A stretch of DNA of 64,000 bases, taken from IMG/VR virus record IMGVR_UViG_3300008954_003475, positions 1 through 64,000 of that record. One strand, written 5' to 3'. How positions within the stretch are numbered: position 1 is the stretch's first letter; every line of letters begins with the position of its first letter. The position numbers and the translations under genes were made by a program. Below are positions 1-8,282 of the stretch, in pieces. The notes under the pieces were generated by a model. The model did not search any database. It was given only the letters and a program-made list of their open reading frames with translations, and had not been told where the DNA came from.

Positions 1-1
1 C

Positions 2-760
2 ATTTGTATCTGTTTTTATATAAAAATCACCTTCACTGCCAGGATCTGTAGAGGTTGGATCATCAGTTCCGTTCAAAATAGTCGCACCGTCTGCACCTGC
101 AGCACCTGCAGGGCCAGTAGAGCCTGAGTCTCCTATTAGTGACGTTGCACTGCCCCAAGCTCCCGAATCGCGAGGTCCATATATATCACTCGTATCTGTC
201 CTTATCCAAAAATCACCATCACTACCATCGGGAGAGCCAGAGCCTTCATCAAACGGAGCGCGATCTCCATTCCAAATTGTCTTTCCATCTATTCCACTCG
301 GTCCTGAAGCACCATCGGAGCCATTGGCCCCGGCATCGCCAGTAGGGCCAGCCGGACCTCTTACGTCTCCTGCATTGATATCAGGCTCTCCACCGCTTCT
401 GGTGAGAATTAAGTTATCACCAGAAATGTTAGCTCCGGTTATAGAGATTCCGTCTGCACCAGAACCACCGCCGCTTGCGGCTGTTGGAGAAGATCCATCA
501 TAAGTTAAGTTTAAACTTTGATTCACATCAAACACCATATCGCCTGTATTCAGGGTTGTAAACTCCCACGCAAGTGTGGTATCGTTGTATGTTGCAACCT
601 TTCCGTCTTGACCAGCCCAAACGTCTGAGCCTGTTCCTACGATGTGGCGATCTCCATCGGATGGAGATAGGGTGGTTGGGTCGTCATGTGTGCTTGCTAC
701 CGGTGGATGTATCTTGCCCGGACCCCAAGGCACTAGTTGGTCTGTTTTTGTATATGACAT
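2..760 (-). CDS. Collagen-like fibre/adhesin protein with N-terminal DUF2793-like domain (partial, runs off left edge; not in ORF track)
   Basis: Manual translation from ATG at 760 (SD AAGGA upstream): MSYTKTDQLVPWGPGKIHPP...SPSDGDRHIVGTGSDVWAGQDGKVATY...WEF. This is followed by Gly-X-Y runs (GPAGPTGDAGANGSDGASGPSGIDG; GDSGSTGPAGAAGADG) and two DGxTIxNG...GDF(W/Y)IxTDT repeats. No stop before position 1. Confidence 0.8.
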   Translation of the reverse strand, partial: MSYTKTDQLVPWGPGKIHPPVASTHDDPTTLSPSDGDRHIVGTGSDVWAGQDGKVATYNDTTLAWEFTTLNTGDMVFDVNQSLNLTYDGSSPTAASGGGSGADGISITGANISGDNLILTRSGGEPDINAGDVRGPAGPTGDAGANGSDGASGPSGIDGKTIWNGDRAPFDEGSGSPDGSDGDFWIRTDTSDIYGPRDSGAWGSATSLIGDSGSTGPAGAAGADGATILNGTDDPTSTDPGSEGDFYIKTDTN

Positions 761-779
761 ATCTGTTATTCCTTATTTG

Positions 780-3700
780 TTAAATTATATACCAGTTTGC
801 ACCATCAGACTGAACTGTAACTGCTACCCATAAGGACGATATCGTCTTGGTTGCTACTCCATCAATGTTTCCTGCGGCAGAAGCTACTATTATATCATTA
901 GCTCCTGCAATCTTTTTAATATTATACAGCCTTCCTTCGCAAAGTGCAGCATCTGGCAATGTGAACGTTATATCACCCCCAGTGTCGTTTTCGCCCAACA
1001 CTGTATAATCACTCTCATCAAGATTTGTGTTTGCATCAGTAACTGTACGAATAGGAAGATTTAACGCACCCTCTGCAGTAACCTCACCATCTACATGCAG
1101 CTTGGTTGCCGGGTTCGTCGTTCCGATGCCGACGTTTCCCTCTACATAAAGACCACTTGTAGGAGGGGTGTTGCTGTGAACATTGTGACCTATTGAGACT
1201 CCACCGGCATCCATATCAACGGCCATTTTGACGTAGCCAGTTCGACCGCCGCGTGCAAATAGGACCTCGCCGCCAGTATTGGCAAAGAGCACCATGTCGG
1301 TACCGTCTTTTTGCGCCATACCCACATCAGATGCACCCAAATGGATCTTATCTTCATTCTGGGTAGTCGAGAAGTCTAATGGTGCGCCTGGACTCGTTGT
1401 TCCGATGCCGACGTTTCCACCGCTATCAATAGTTACTTGGTCGTCAGTGCCATCGGTGCCGAAATGTAGATTATCTGTAGCGTGATTATATGAGATAGCC
1501 CCAGCATGTGCGGATCCTCCGCTGGTACCATCTGCGAAGTAAATAGAGCCCCAATCTGATGAGGTTCCCGCAATGGTTATGCCGCCATTGCCAGCCTCGT
1601 AGATAACAAGGTTATCGGCACTATCATTGTAATCTCCCGGAGAATCTGTTCCGATGCCGACGTTTCCAGCAGAATCGATACGCATGTGCTCCGTTGATTC
1701 TCCTGTTCCGTTTGCTCTGGTAAGGAAAACTAAGTCAGCATCATAGTTTGTGGCTGTTCCGTTTGATTTGGCGGCTCGGATGGTTGCAAACTCTGTTAAA
1801 GAACCCGCGACATCGTAAATGCCTCGGAAAGTAATGCCTCCACCCACGCCCGCAGCTTGGGAGGTGGTATCTGATGCAACTATAGTATACATTCCGAAAC
1901 CACTAGGGTTATGGACATCAAAAGTATAGGCGGGGCTTGTTGTTCCAACTCCAACACGATGGGTGGTGGAATCAACAAATAAAGTGTCTGTATCAACCGT
2001 TAGGTTTCCACCAGAATCTATTGTGGTAACTCCAGACAATGCTCCGCCAGACAGAATGGCCGTACCGTCCGTAAGCGTACCGCCGGTTATTGTGCCGGCC
2101 GATGCTGTTATGTCTGCCACGCCAGTTAAGCTGCCACCAGAAAGGGTGGCCGTACCGTCTGTAAGTGAGGTGCCGGTTATTGTGCCGCTAGAACTAAGGT
2201 TTCCAGTAACGGACAGTCCTGGATTAATATACCAAAGATTTTCCACCATCCCCCAAGAGAGGGTCTTATTTGTATCTCCGAGAAGAGTTATTCCTCCGCC
2301 ATTTGCACTAGAATCATTTGGGGAATCTACTGCGTTTAATGTAATATTCGGATCATCAACAGTCATCTCTTCAGTATTAAGAGTGGTTGTTGTTCCACTT
2401 ACTGTTAGATCATTTACTGTTAGATCACCCGTTATGTTGACATTACCATCTTTATCAATTATCATCCTTGGAGAAAGAGGCGTTGCATCCGCCGGGTCTC
2501 TTGTCCAAAACCGTAATTGACTCTCTCCCGATGGGTCAGTCCAATCGGTTGTAATAGCACCTGCCAAAAGAGGAGTATTCGGCGCGTTTGTTTGTAGCTC
2601 AAATTCGACACCTGCACCAAAACCAGCTACTGGCGTAGCGGAACAGGCGTTAGAAATGCGTTGTCCGTAAGTAATGTTGTCAGAAATAGCGCTTGTGGTA
2701 CTAACCAATAGTGTTTCGGTCCTGGTTTGTCCAACGACATGAAGAGCGGACCCCGGAACGCTTGTCGCAATTCCAACCCGTCCAGCGGAATCTACAGACC
2801 AACCCTGATTAGTGCCATTAGTTTTCGAATACAGCCTTTCAGTATCATGATCATACTTTACAGCGCCCTCACCGGGGATGCCGCTAGCGGATGCAAAATG
2901 CAAGGCATTAACATGCGCCCCATCTGTCGCCTGTATCTTAATGCCTGTATCGTTGACAGAAGGAGAAACTACAAGCTCTTGATCTGGGTCGACCGTACCA
3001 ATGCCAACAAACCCAGCTTGACTGACTGTCATTACCGGGCTTGCAGAAGAGTTTCTAAGCCTAAAGCTTTCAGCATCAGCGCTACCATCTGCGCCCTTAC
3101 TTCCGATAGCCCACTTTAAAGTGCCACCTTCTTCAAATCTTATATTTGTATTATTGGCTGCAGTTGATTCTAGGCCTATGTTGCAAGAATTATTAACATC
3201 AATATTCTTTACAAAAAGCACCTTGCCACCAGGCAGGGAGGGTGAGGCTGTTTCAACATATAATGGATGATCTGTTAAGCTAGAACCTATAGATGCAGTC
3301 GTTGAAACAAACAAATTACTATTAACAGTTGCGGAACCAGCCGTTAAAGCATTGGTAATAGCTGCAGTATCCGCCGTTAAACCTGCCGCAATAGCTGCAG
3401 AATCCGCCGTTAAACCTGCCGCAATAGCTGCAGAATCCGCCGATAAGGTGGAGGAAATTACTGCCGAGAGAGCGGCAAAGTCGAGGACGGTTGTGGCGCC
3501 GGCCGATAAGGCTCCGGCAATAGCTGCCGAGCCTGCTGTTAAAATACCAACATCTGCGGTACCTGCAATATTTGCATTATCGTTCAGCCACAAATCATGC
3601 CATCGCTGGCCATCAATTCCTAAGTTTAAAGTTGCTGACTCAGGTAGAAGATCAGAGTTAATATTCGCAGAGAAAGTAACTGTATCATTGCCCATGATCC

Positions 3701-3863
3701 CATCGGGCTCATTCCCCAATACAATATTTCCGCCTATGGTTATATTGCCAGTTACATCAAGATCTGCGTCTATACTAACATCTTCTGAAAAGTTGAAAGA
3801 ACTGTTTATGGTTATTGGACCACCAGAGTGTGATTCGATTGTATTAACTTTTAACGTACTCAT
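780..3863 (-). CDS. Tail fibre / receptor-binding protein (1027 aa)
   Basis: SD AGGAG; N-terminal MSTLKVNTI; multiple (G)xVGIGT repeats typical of phage fibre shafts; Ala/Thr/Gly-rich; C-terminal fibre-tip-like domain ending SDGANWYII. Confidence 0.8.
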   Translation of the reverse strand: MSTLKVNTIESHSGGPITINSSFNFSEDVSIDADLDVTGNITIGGNIVLGNEPDGIMGNDTVTFSANINSDLLPESATLNLGIDGQRWHDLWLNDNANIAGTADVGILTAGSAAIAGALSAGATTVLDFAALSAVISSTLSADSAAIAAGLTADSAAIAAGLTADTAAITNALTAGSATVNSNLFVSTTASIGSSLTDHPLYVETASPSLPGGKVLFVKNIDVNNSCNIGLESTAANNTNIRFEEGGTLKWAIGSKGADGSADAESFRLRNSSASPVMTVSQAGFVGIGTVDPDQELVVSPSVNDTGIKIQATDGAHVNALHFASASGIPGEGAVKYDHDTERLYSKTNGTNQGWSVDSAGRVGIATSVPGSALHVVGQTRTETLLVSTTSAISDNITYGQRISNACSATPVAGFGAGVEFELQTNAPNTPLLAGAITTDWTDPSGESQLRFWTRDPADATPLSPRMIIDKDGNVNITGDLTVNDLTVSGTTTTLNTEEMTVDDPNITLNAVDSPNDSSANGGGITLLGDTNKTLSWGMVENLWYINPGLSVTGNLSSSGTITGTSLTDGTATLSGGSLTGVADITASAGTITGGTLTDGTAILSGGALSGVTTIDSGGNLTVDTDTLFVDSTTHRVGVGTTSPAYTFDVHNPSGFGMYTIVASDTTSQAAGVGGGITFRGIYDVAGSLTEFATIRAAKSNGTATNYDADLVFLTRANGTGESTEHMRIDSAGNVGIGTDSPGDYNDSADNLVIYEAGNGGITIAGTSSDWGSIYFADGTSGGSAHAGAISYNHATDNLHFGTDGTDDQVTIDSGGNVGIGTTSPGAPLDFSTTQNEDKIHLGASDVGMAQKDGTDMVLFANTGGEVLFARGGRTGYVKMAVDMDAGGVSIGHNVHSNTPPTSGLYVEGNVGIGTTNPATKLHVDGEVTAEGALNLPIRTVTDANTNLDESDYTVLGENDTGGDITFTLPDAALCEGRLYNIKKIAGANDIIVASAAGNIDGVATKTISSLWVAVTVQSDGANWYII
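1120..1667. repeat. Three identical 20-nt dispersed repeats gttccgatgccgacgtttcc (1120-1139, 1399-1418, 1648-1667) encoding GNVGIGT
   Basis: Direct reading of the sequence; copies are identical including third codon positions. Confidence 0.9.
3358..3445. repeat. 33-bp tandem repeat (~2.6 copies) encoding ADSAAIAAGLT
   Basis: Unit atagctgcagaatccgccgttaaacctgccgca at 3358, 3391 and a partial copy at 3424. Confidence 0.9.
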
Positions 3864-3891
3864 CTAATAATTTCTCCTGAGTCAATCATTA

Positions 3892-4518
3892 CTATAATAT
3901 TAGTAAATTAGCATCTTCCTGAATATCTAGCGTAACACCCTCTTGAATATCAATGTCTCCAATCAACATATGGTTCAAACCGGAATAGATATTTAAGTCC
4001 GCTGATAAGTTGGGAACATTGGAATATAAACGAGATTCTGTCATACCCACAACCTCAAGGTATCCAGATACTTGCAATGCCTTTGCCGCACTTGGGTCAA
4101 AAGTTTCTGCATTTGTTCTAGCCCCCGAATTAGTTCTAGATATCTCTAAAGCATTCGTGTCAACGAATGTGCCGGCTGAAACATCATTTACAATTCTTAC
4201 CGCACCACTATCTGCGGTTATTTCCCTTCCAGACCCTCTGACTCTAGGGTCTCGCTCTCTAATGCCAATCCCATCATAGGCTCTATCGAGATGAAAATTA
4301 AACCATGACTCTATATCATCAAGGCGCTCATTTACATCTATAAATTCTTCATCAAAATCTGATATATGTGGAGCAATACCTAATGTATTCTCTATGTTTA
4401 CCGCAGCAGATCGAAGCCTGTTAACGCTTTCTGCGTTAACGGCACTATATCGGTCAACAGCCAGTGGAATCTGGGCATAACCGTCAATTGCTTTGGGATA
4501 AACACTATAATCTGACAT
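3892..4518 (-). CDS. Putative virion/tail-fibre-associated protein
   Basis: 208-aa ORF with SD GAAGG; lies between the basic mini-protein and the fibre gene; C-terminal beta-rich segment (IGDIDIQEGVTLDIQEDANLLIL) of the kind seen in fibre-associated genes. Confidence 0.5.
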   Translation of the reverse strand: MSDYSVYPKAIDGYAQIPLAVDRYSAVNAESVNRLRSAAVNIENTLGIAPHISDFDEEFIDVNERLDDIESWFNFHLDRAYDGIGIRERDPRVRGSGREITADSGAVRIVNDVSAGTFVDTNALEISRTNSGARTNAETFDPSAAKALQVSGYLEVVGMTESRLYSNVPNLSADLNIYSGLNHMLIGDIDIQEGVTLDIQEDANLLIL

Positions 4519-4534
4519 TTAATACCTTCTCATT

Positions 4535-4696
4535 TTAACTAGTCTTTTTTACCACTTTCCCAGTTGACCTTCCAGGAACAGAAATCAGCTTAGAGATCCT
4601 TCTCTTCCTAATTACACTACCAGTTTTTTTAATAGCAGATTTCTTAGCTTTTCTAGCCTTGCTTTTCGCTATTTTTCTGCCACAACCACATCCCAT
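4535..4696 (-). CDS. 53-aa highly basic protein (protamine/histone-like), not in ORF track
   Basis: Manual translation MGCGCGRKIAKSKARKAKKSAIKKTGSVIRKRRISKLISVPGRSTGKVVKKTS*; 19 K/R and no D/E; SD GGAG 6 nt upstream; fills the otherwise empty gap. Confidence 0.75.
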   Translation of the reverse strand: MGCGCGRKIAKSKARKAKKSAIKKTGSVIRKRRISKLISVPGRSTGKVVKKTS

Positions 4697-4724
4697 GAAA
4701 CACTCCGACTACTTCATTAGAATA

Positions 4725-4735
4725 ATTATTATTAG
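4725..4735 (-). promoter_or_regulatory. Candidate late-promoter motif CTAATAATAAT
   Basis: Similar CTA(A/T)TA(A/T)T(A/T)(A/T)T elements lie ~27-41 nt upstream of five virion-type genes (see findings). Confidence 0.4.
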
Positions 4736-4801
4736 TATTACTTATCTAATGTTATTAATTTATATACTTATATAGGAAAGCCTCTTTCCCTTGGACTACA
4801 A

Positions 4802-5599
4802 ATGAGGAAACTTATAAGCTACATTTTTTTACTTTCAGTATTGATTTCTTTGGTCTATATTACTAAAGAAGTTATAAGTTTTTCAAAAAATATCATATCT
4901 TTAAAAGAGTATCAAACAGACGCTATAATAAAACAAGAAAAGATGCTACACCCAACCGTCAGGGTAATTAGCATGGAACGAACCTATGACAGCTCTGCCT
5001 CTGCAGACTCTGGCGATGTAGAGGTTGAGATTATACTGGCTACAGCCACCGGGTTTAGCATTCAATATGATGCAATAAATGATGTTTCTTTTGTAGTCAC
5101 AAATGATCACTTCTGTAACTCAATAATGCCAAGCTCATCTTTGGTAGTGGAAGACTATAATAAAAATTCATTAAATATTTCAGAAAATTATATAAGTTCA
5201 AAAATCTTATACACAGATGAAGGATTAGATCTTTGCCTACTAGCAGCATATGGGTTTATAAAGCCGGCAATTATTGCAGATGTTGATTACACTCCAGAAT
5301 TATTTGAAAAAGTTTTTGTAATCGGAGGACCGACCGGAAACTTTCCAATTATAATAGATACCTATATTTCTGGCTCAAGCGACAGAAGAAGCATAACGGT
5401 TGGAAACTTAGATGCTTCTGGAAATGATTTTTTGCTTATTTCAGAACAAATATTCCCAGGACATAGCGGAAGCCCTATCTTTAACCAAGATGGAGAGGTT
5501 ATTGGAGTAATTTTTGCAGCATTAGAAACATATGGTGGTTTAGCGATATCTCATAGAGATATATTCATGTTATTATTCTATTATCAAAATAGTCTCTAA
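4802..5599 (+). CDS. Trypsin-like serine protease with N-terminal membrane anchor/signal
   Basis: Catalytic triad motifs VVTNDHFC (His), DLCLL (Asp), FPGHSGSPIF (Ser); hydrophobic N-terminus. Confidence 0.85.
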   Translation: MRKLISYIFLLSVLISLVYITKEVISFSKNIISLKEYQTDAIIKQEKMLHPTVRVISMERTYDSSASADSGDVEVEIILATATGFSIQYDAINDVSFVVTNDHFCNSIMPSSSLVVEDYNKNSLNISENYISSKILYTDEGLDLCLLAAYGFIKPAIIADVDYTPELFEKVFVIGGPTGNFPIIIDTYISGSSDRRSITVGNLDASGNDFLLISEQIFPGHSGSPIFNQDGEVIGVIFAALETYGGLAISHRDIFMLLFYYQNSL

Positions 5600-6166
5600 T
5601 TATTTCTTATTCTTGAATTTTTTACCCATCTTCTTTACACGGCTAGAAGCCCTTCTCGCATAAAGGGTGTAAAAAGCAAGATCTACCCTTTTTCCGTCTA
5701 AAACCATCTTAAGCGCTTCGTTGGCAAAATTTGCAGACTTAATAGCCTCGGCCCCAAGAGGGTCTCGTATACCATCACTGTTTTTCTTTGTATATGTTGA
5801 ACTTATTTTTTCAACCTGATTTGCGGTAACTCCACACAAAAGCATATTTGGCTTTAACTCATCAATAACTTTATCTAACTTCTTCTTTTCTTCCAAAACT
5901 TTAAAAAAGTTTTCATTCTTATTATTGGTACATTCCAATGGGCAGGTAAAGCAGCTCTCCTCTAGTCCCATATTCCACAAATCACAAGTATAAAACTGCT
6001 TTACATCCTTTGCTTCATTTCTTATGTTTTCTTCGCAGCCATAAAACACCTGTCCATCCACAACCTTTGCTTTACCGTTGCAAAACTCGCTCTCCCTCAT
6101 GGCCGTTGTCATCTTGCAATTTTTTGTGCAATCAACAATTTTTATTTCGGCTTTTTTATCAGACAT
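5600..6166 (-). CDS. Cys-rich hypothetical protein
   Basis: 188 aa; 8 Cys in the N-terminal half including CxxCxxxC (CFTCPLEC). Confidence 0.6.
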   Translation of the reverse strand: MSDKKAEIKIVDCTKNCKMTTAMRESEFCNGKAKVVDGQVFYGCEENIRNEAKDVKQFYTCDLWNMGLEESCFTCPLECTNNKNENFFKVLEEKKKLDKVIDELKPNMLLCGVTANQVEKISSTYTKKNSDGIRDPLGAEAIKSANFANEALKMVLDGKRVDLAFYTLYARRASSRVKKMGKKFKNKK

Positions 6167-6359
6167 TCTTTATCATTATTTTAGACATTAGAGAAATTAA
6201 CTCTGATATAACCAAATCTACTTGATCTACATCAAATTCTAAAGTCGTTAAGAATATTTTACCATTTTGACCTTTAATCTTACTTGAAAAAATAACTTTT
6301 TCTTTATCTTCAGATATGTCTAGCAAAATATCAGTATTTTCATCTAATTTTATCTTCAA
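6159..6359 (-). CDS. Hypothetical protein
   Basis: 66-aa ORF overlapping both neighbours by a few nt, as in operonic packing. Confidence 0.6.
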   Translation of the reverse strand: MKIKLDENTDILLDISEDKEKVIFSSKIKGQNGKIFLTTLEFDVDQVDLVISELISLMSKIMIKNV

Positions 6360-6586
6360 AGCCTTATTTCATTATTGATTTCAAATTGTTTATCAATATT
6401 GAAATCTATCTCTGGAGAATTTTCAGTTGACTTTACAGGATTCTTTTTTATAGGATATTCTACATCAGAATATTCTTTATGAAGAGGAATTCTTTTATCC
6501 TCTTTATCTTTATCTTCTTTTTGCTTTTTTATAATTGGGAATATAAATCCTCTCATGCTAACCCTCCTATAGAATTTTTGCAGCAT
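6356..6586 (-). CDS. Hypothetical protein (likely true start ATG 6556)
   Basis: Strong SD AGGAGG 6 nt before the in-frame ATG at 6556. Confidence 0.55.
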   Translation of the reverse strand: MLQKFYRRVSMRGFIFPIIKKQKEDKDKEDKRIPLHKEYSDVEYPIKKNPVKSTENSPEIDFNIDKQFEINNEIRL

Positions 6587-7862
6587 AAGCAGCCAGTGGA
6601 CTTCTCTCTCCTTTTAATAATGTAATATGAGCAGAAAGATGAAAATCCTTGAACTTCTCCGCAACGGCTCCTAAGCCAGAAGATGTAGAATCTAAATGCG
6701 GAGCATCTATTTGCTCTAAATCTCCAAGTAAAATTAATTTTGAATTTTCGCCCATTCTAGTTATTACAGCCTTAGCCTCTCTATAAGTAATGTTTTGAGC
6801 TTCATCAAGAATAAAAATAGTATTTGGAAGACTTCGGCCTCGAACATAAGAAAGAGCTTCAATCTCTATAGTTCCCTTTTGCATCATAATATCAAAATAA
6901 TGTTCTGCATTTTTAAATACACATTTAAAGTTGTCCATAATAGGCTGTATCCATGGCTCCATTTTATCAAATTTGCTTCCCGGCAAATATCCTATATCTC
7001 CACTAAGGCTTTGTACAGGTCTTGATATAATGATCTTCTCATAATGTCCTTCATTCAACAAGTGTATTGCCGCAGCTGTTGACATAAGCGTCTTTCCGCT
7101 TCCTGCTCTACCTGTAAGGGTTGCCATGTGTATATCTTTATCTAATAACATTTCTAAAGCAAATGTTTGCTCTTTATTTCTTGGACAAATTCCGTGTACG
7201 TTAAATCCACTTCTGCTTGTAAAGTTAAGCTTCTTAATAAAGCCATTCTTATAAACTGCTAAAGCACTTTGTCTACCACCTTTTAATACAAGATATTCGT
7301 TTGGGTAAAGCCTTTTATCTTCATATTGAAGTTTTCCACATTCATAAAATTTTTCAATTTCATTTGGAGAAAAATGCAATACGCTAACACCGCCATAAGC
7401 CTCTTTTCTGTTTGTTACGGCCTTTTCTCTATAATAATTTTCAGCCTTTAAACCCAAAGAGTCACATTTTACTCTTACGTTAATATCTCTAGAAATAAGC
7501 GCAACATTCTTTTCCTCTCTGGACAAGCCTAAGGCAACAGAGATTATTCTATTATCCCTAGTGTCCTCCATGCCTTCTGGCAAAATATTTAAATCTGATC
7601 TAAGAGAAACAAAGATTTTTTGACCATTTTCAAGAGTAACCCCTTCTGCTAAGTTGCCAATCTTTCTAAGATCATCCAAAAATCTATTTATATATCTGGC
7701 CGCATTTCCAACCGAATCATGTCTTTTTTTCAATCCATCTATTTCTTCCAAAACTTCCATTGGAATTACAATGTTATTTTTTGGGAATGCATGAATTGAA
7801 TCTTCATGATAAACTAGCACTGATGTGTCTAAAACAAACGTCTTTCTATTTCTTCTTGGCAA
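6567..7862 (-). CDS. phoH: PIN-PhoH (PhoH2-type) protein
   Basis: PIN motifs FVLDTSVL, DNRII, ISRDINVRVKC; Walker A GRAGSGKT; RGRS and DEAQN motifs; SD GGAGG before TTG. Confidence 0.92.
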   Translation of the reverse strand: MPRRNRKTFVLDTSVLVYHEDSIHAFPKNNIVIPMEVLEEIDGLKKRHDSVGNAARYINRFLDDLRKIGNLAEGVTLENGQKIFVSLRSDLNILPEGMEDTRDNRIISVALGLSREEKNVALISRDINVRVKCDSLGLKAENYYREKAVTNRKEAYGGVSVLHFSPNEIEKFYECGKLQYEDKRLYPNEYLVLKGGRQSALAVYKNGFIKKLNFTSRSGFNVHGICPRNKEQTFALEMLLDKDIHMATLTGRAGSGKTLMSTAAAIHLLNEGHYEKIIISRPVQSLSGDIGYLPGSKFDKMEPWIQPIMDNFKCVFKNAEHYFDIMMQKGTIEIEALSYVRGRSLPNTIFILDEAQNITYREAKAVITRMGENSKLILLGDLEQIDAPHLDSTSSGLGAVAEKFKDFHLSAHITLLKGERSPLAAYAAKIL

Positions 7863-7892
7863 ACTCTGCCTCCATTTTATTCATATATGTTA

Positions 7893-8282
7893 TTATGCTT
7901 CATCAATCTCTTCTTCTATTATAGACCAATGTTCAACATTGGCTTCAAAATATAAATTTTTATCTTCATCTTCTTTTAGCGTTAAAACAGGCCCAGCCCA
8001 TTCTCCAATCACTTCGCCGTCATGCTTTACCTCTAAAGCATCTAGGCCAACATACTCTATTATCTCAATATCATTATAGATTAGATATTCTACAGCAACA
8101 TCAGAGGGCATATCAGACAACTCGTCTGTATCCACTCCTATGTAAAACAAAAGATCGCCCAACCATTGCTGTCTAACGTCTTTCACGTCTTTGGCAAAGT
8201 TAACACGATCTGTTAAGATTGTTGTGAACATACCACATGCGTTATAAGTAAGAGACGGAACACGATCCGCCGGCACATGCAA
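7893..8282 (-). CDS. Hypothetical protein
   Basis: Acidic 129-aa ORF between RNR and PhoH; start uncertain (possibly ATG 8231). Confidence 0.6.
   Translation of the reverse strand: MHVPADRVPSLTYNACGMFTTILTDRVNFAKDVKDVRQQWLGDLLFYIGVDTDELSDMPSDVAVEYLIYNDIEIIEYVGLDALEVKHDGEVIGEWAGPVLTLKEDEDKNLYFEANVEHWSIIEEEIDEA

Noticed and set aside
1120-1667. Repeats with intervening unique sequence, superficially CRISPR-like or DGR-like
   Set aside because: Spacing is irregular (~230-260 nt between copies), all copies are in frame inside a CDS, and there is no cas gene or reverse transcriptase in the window.
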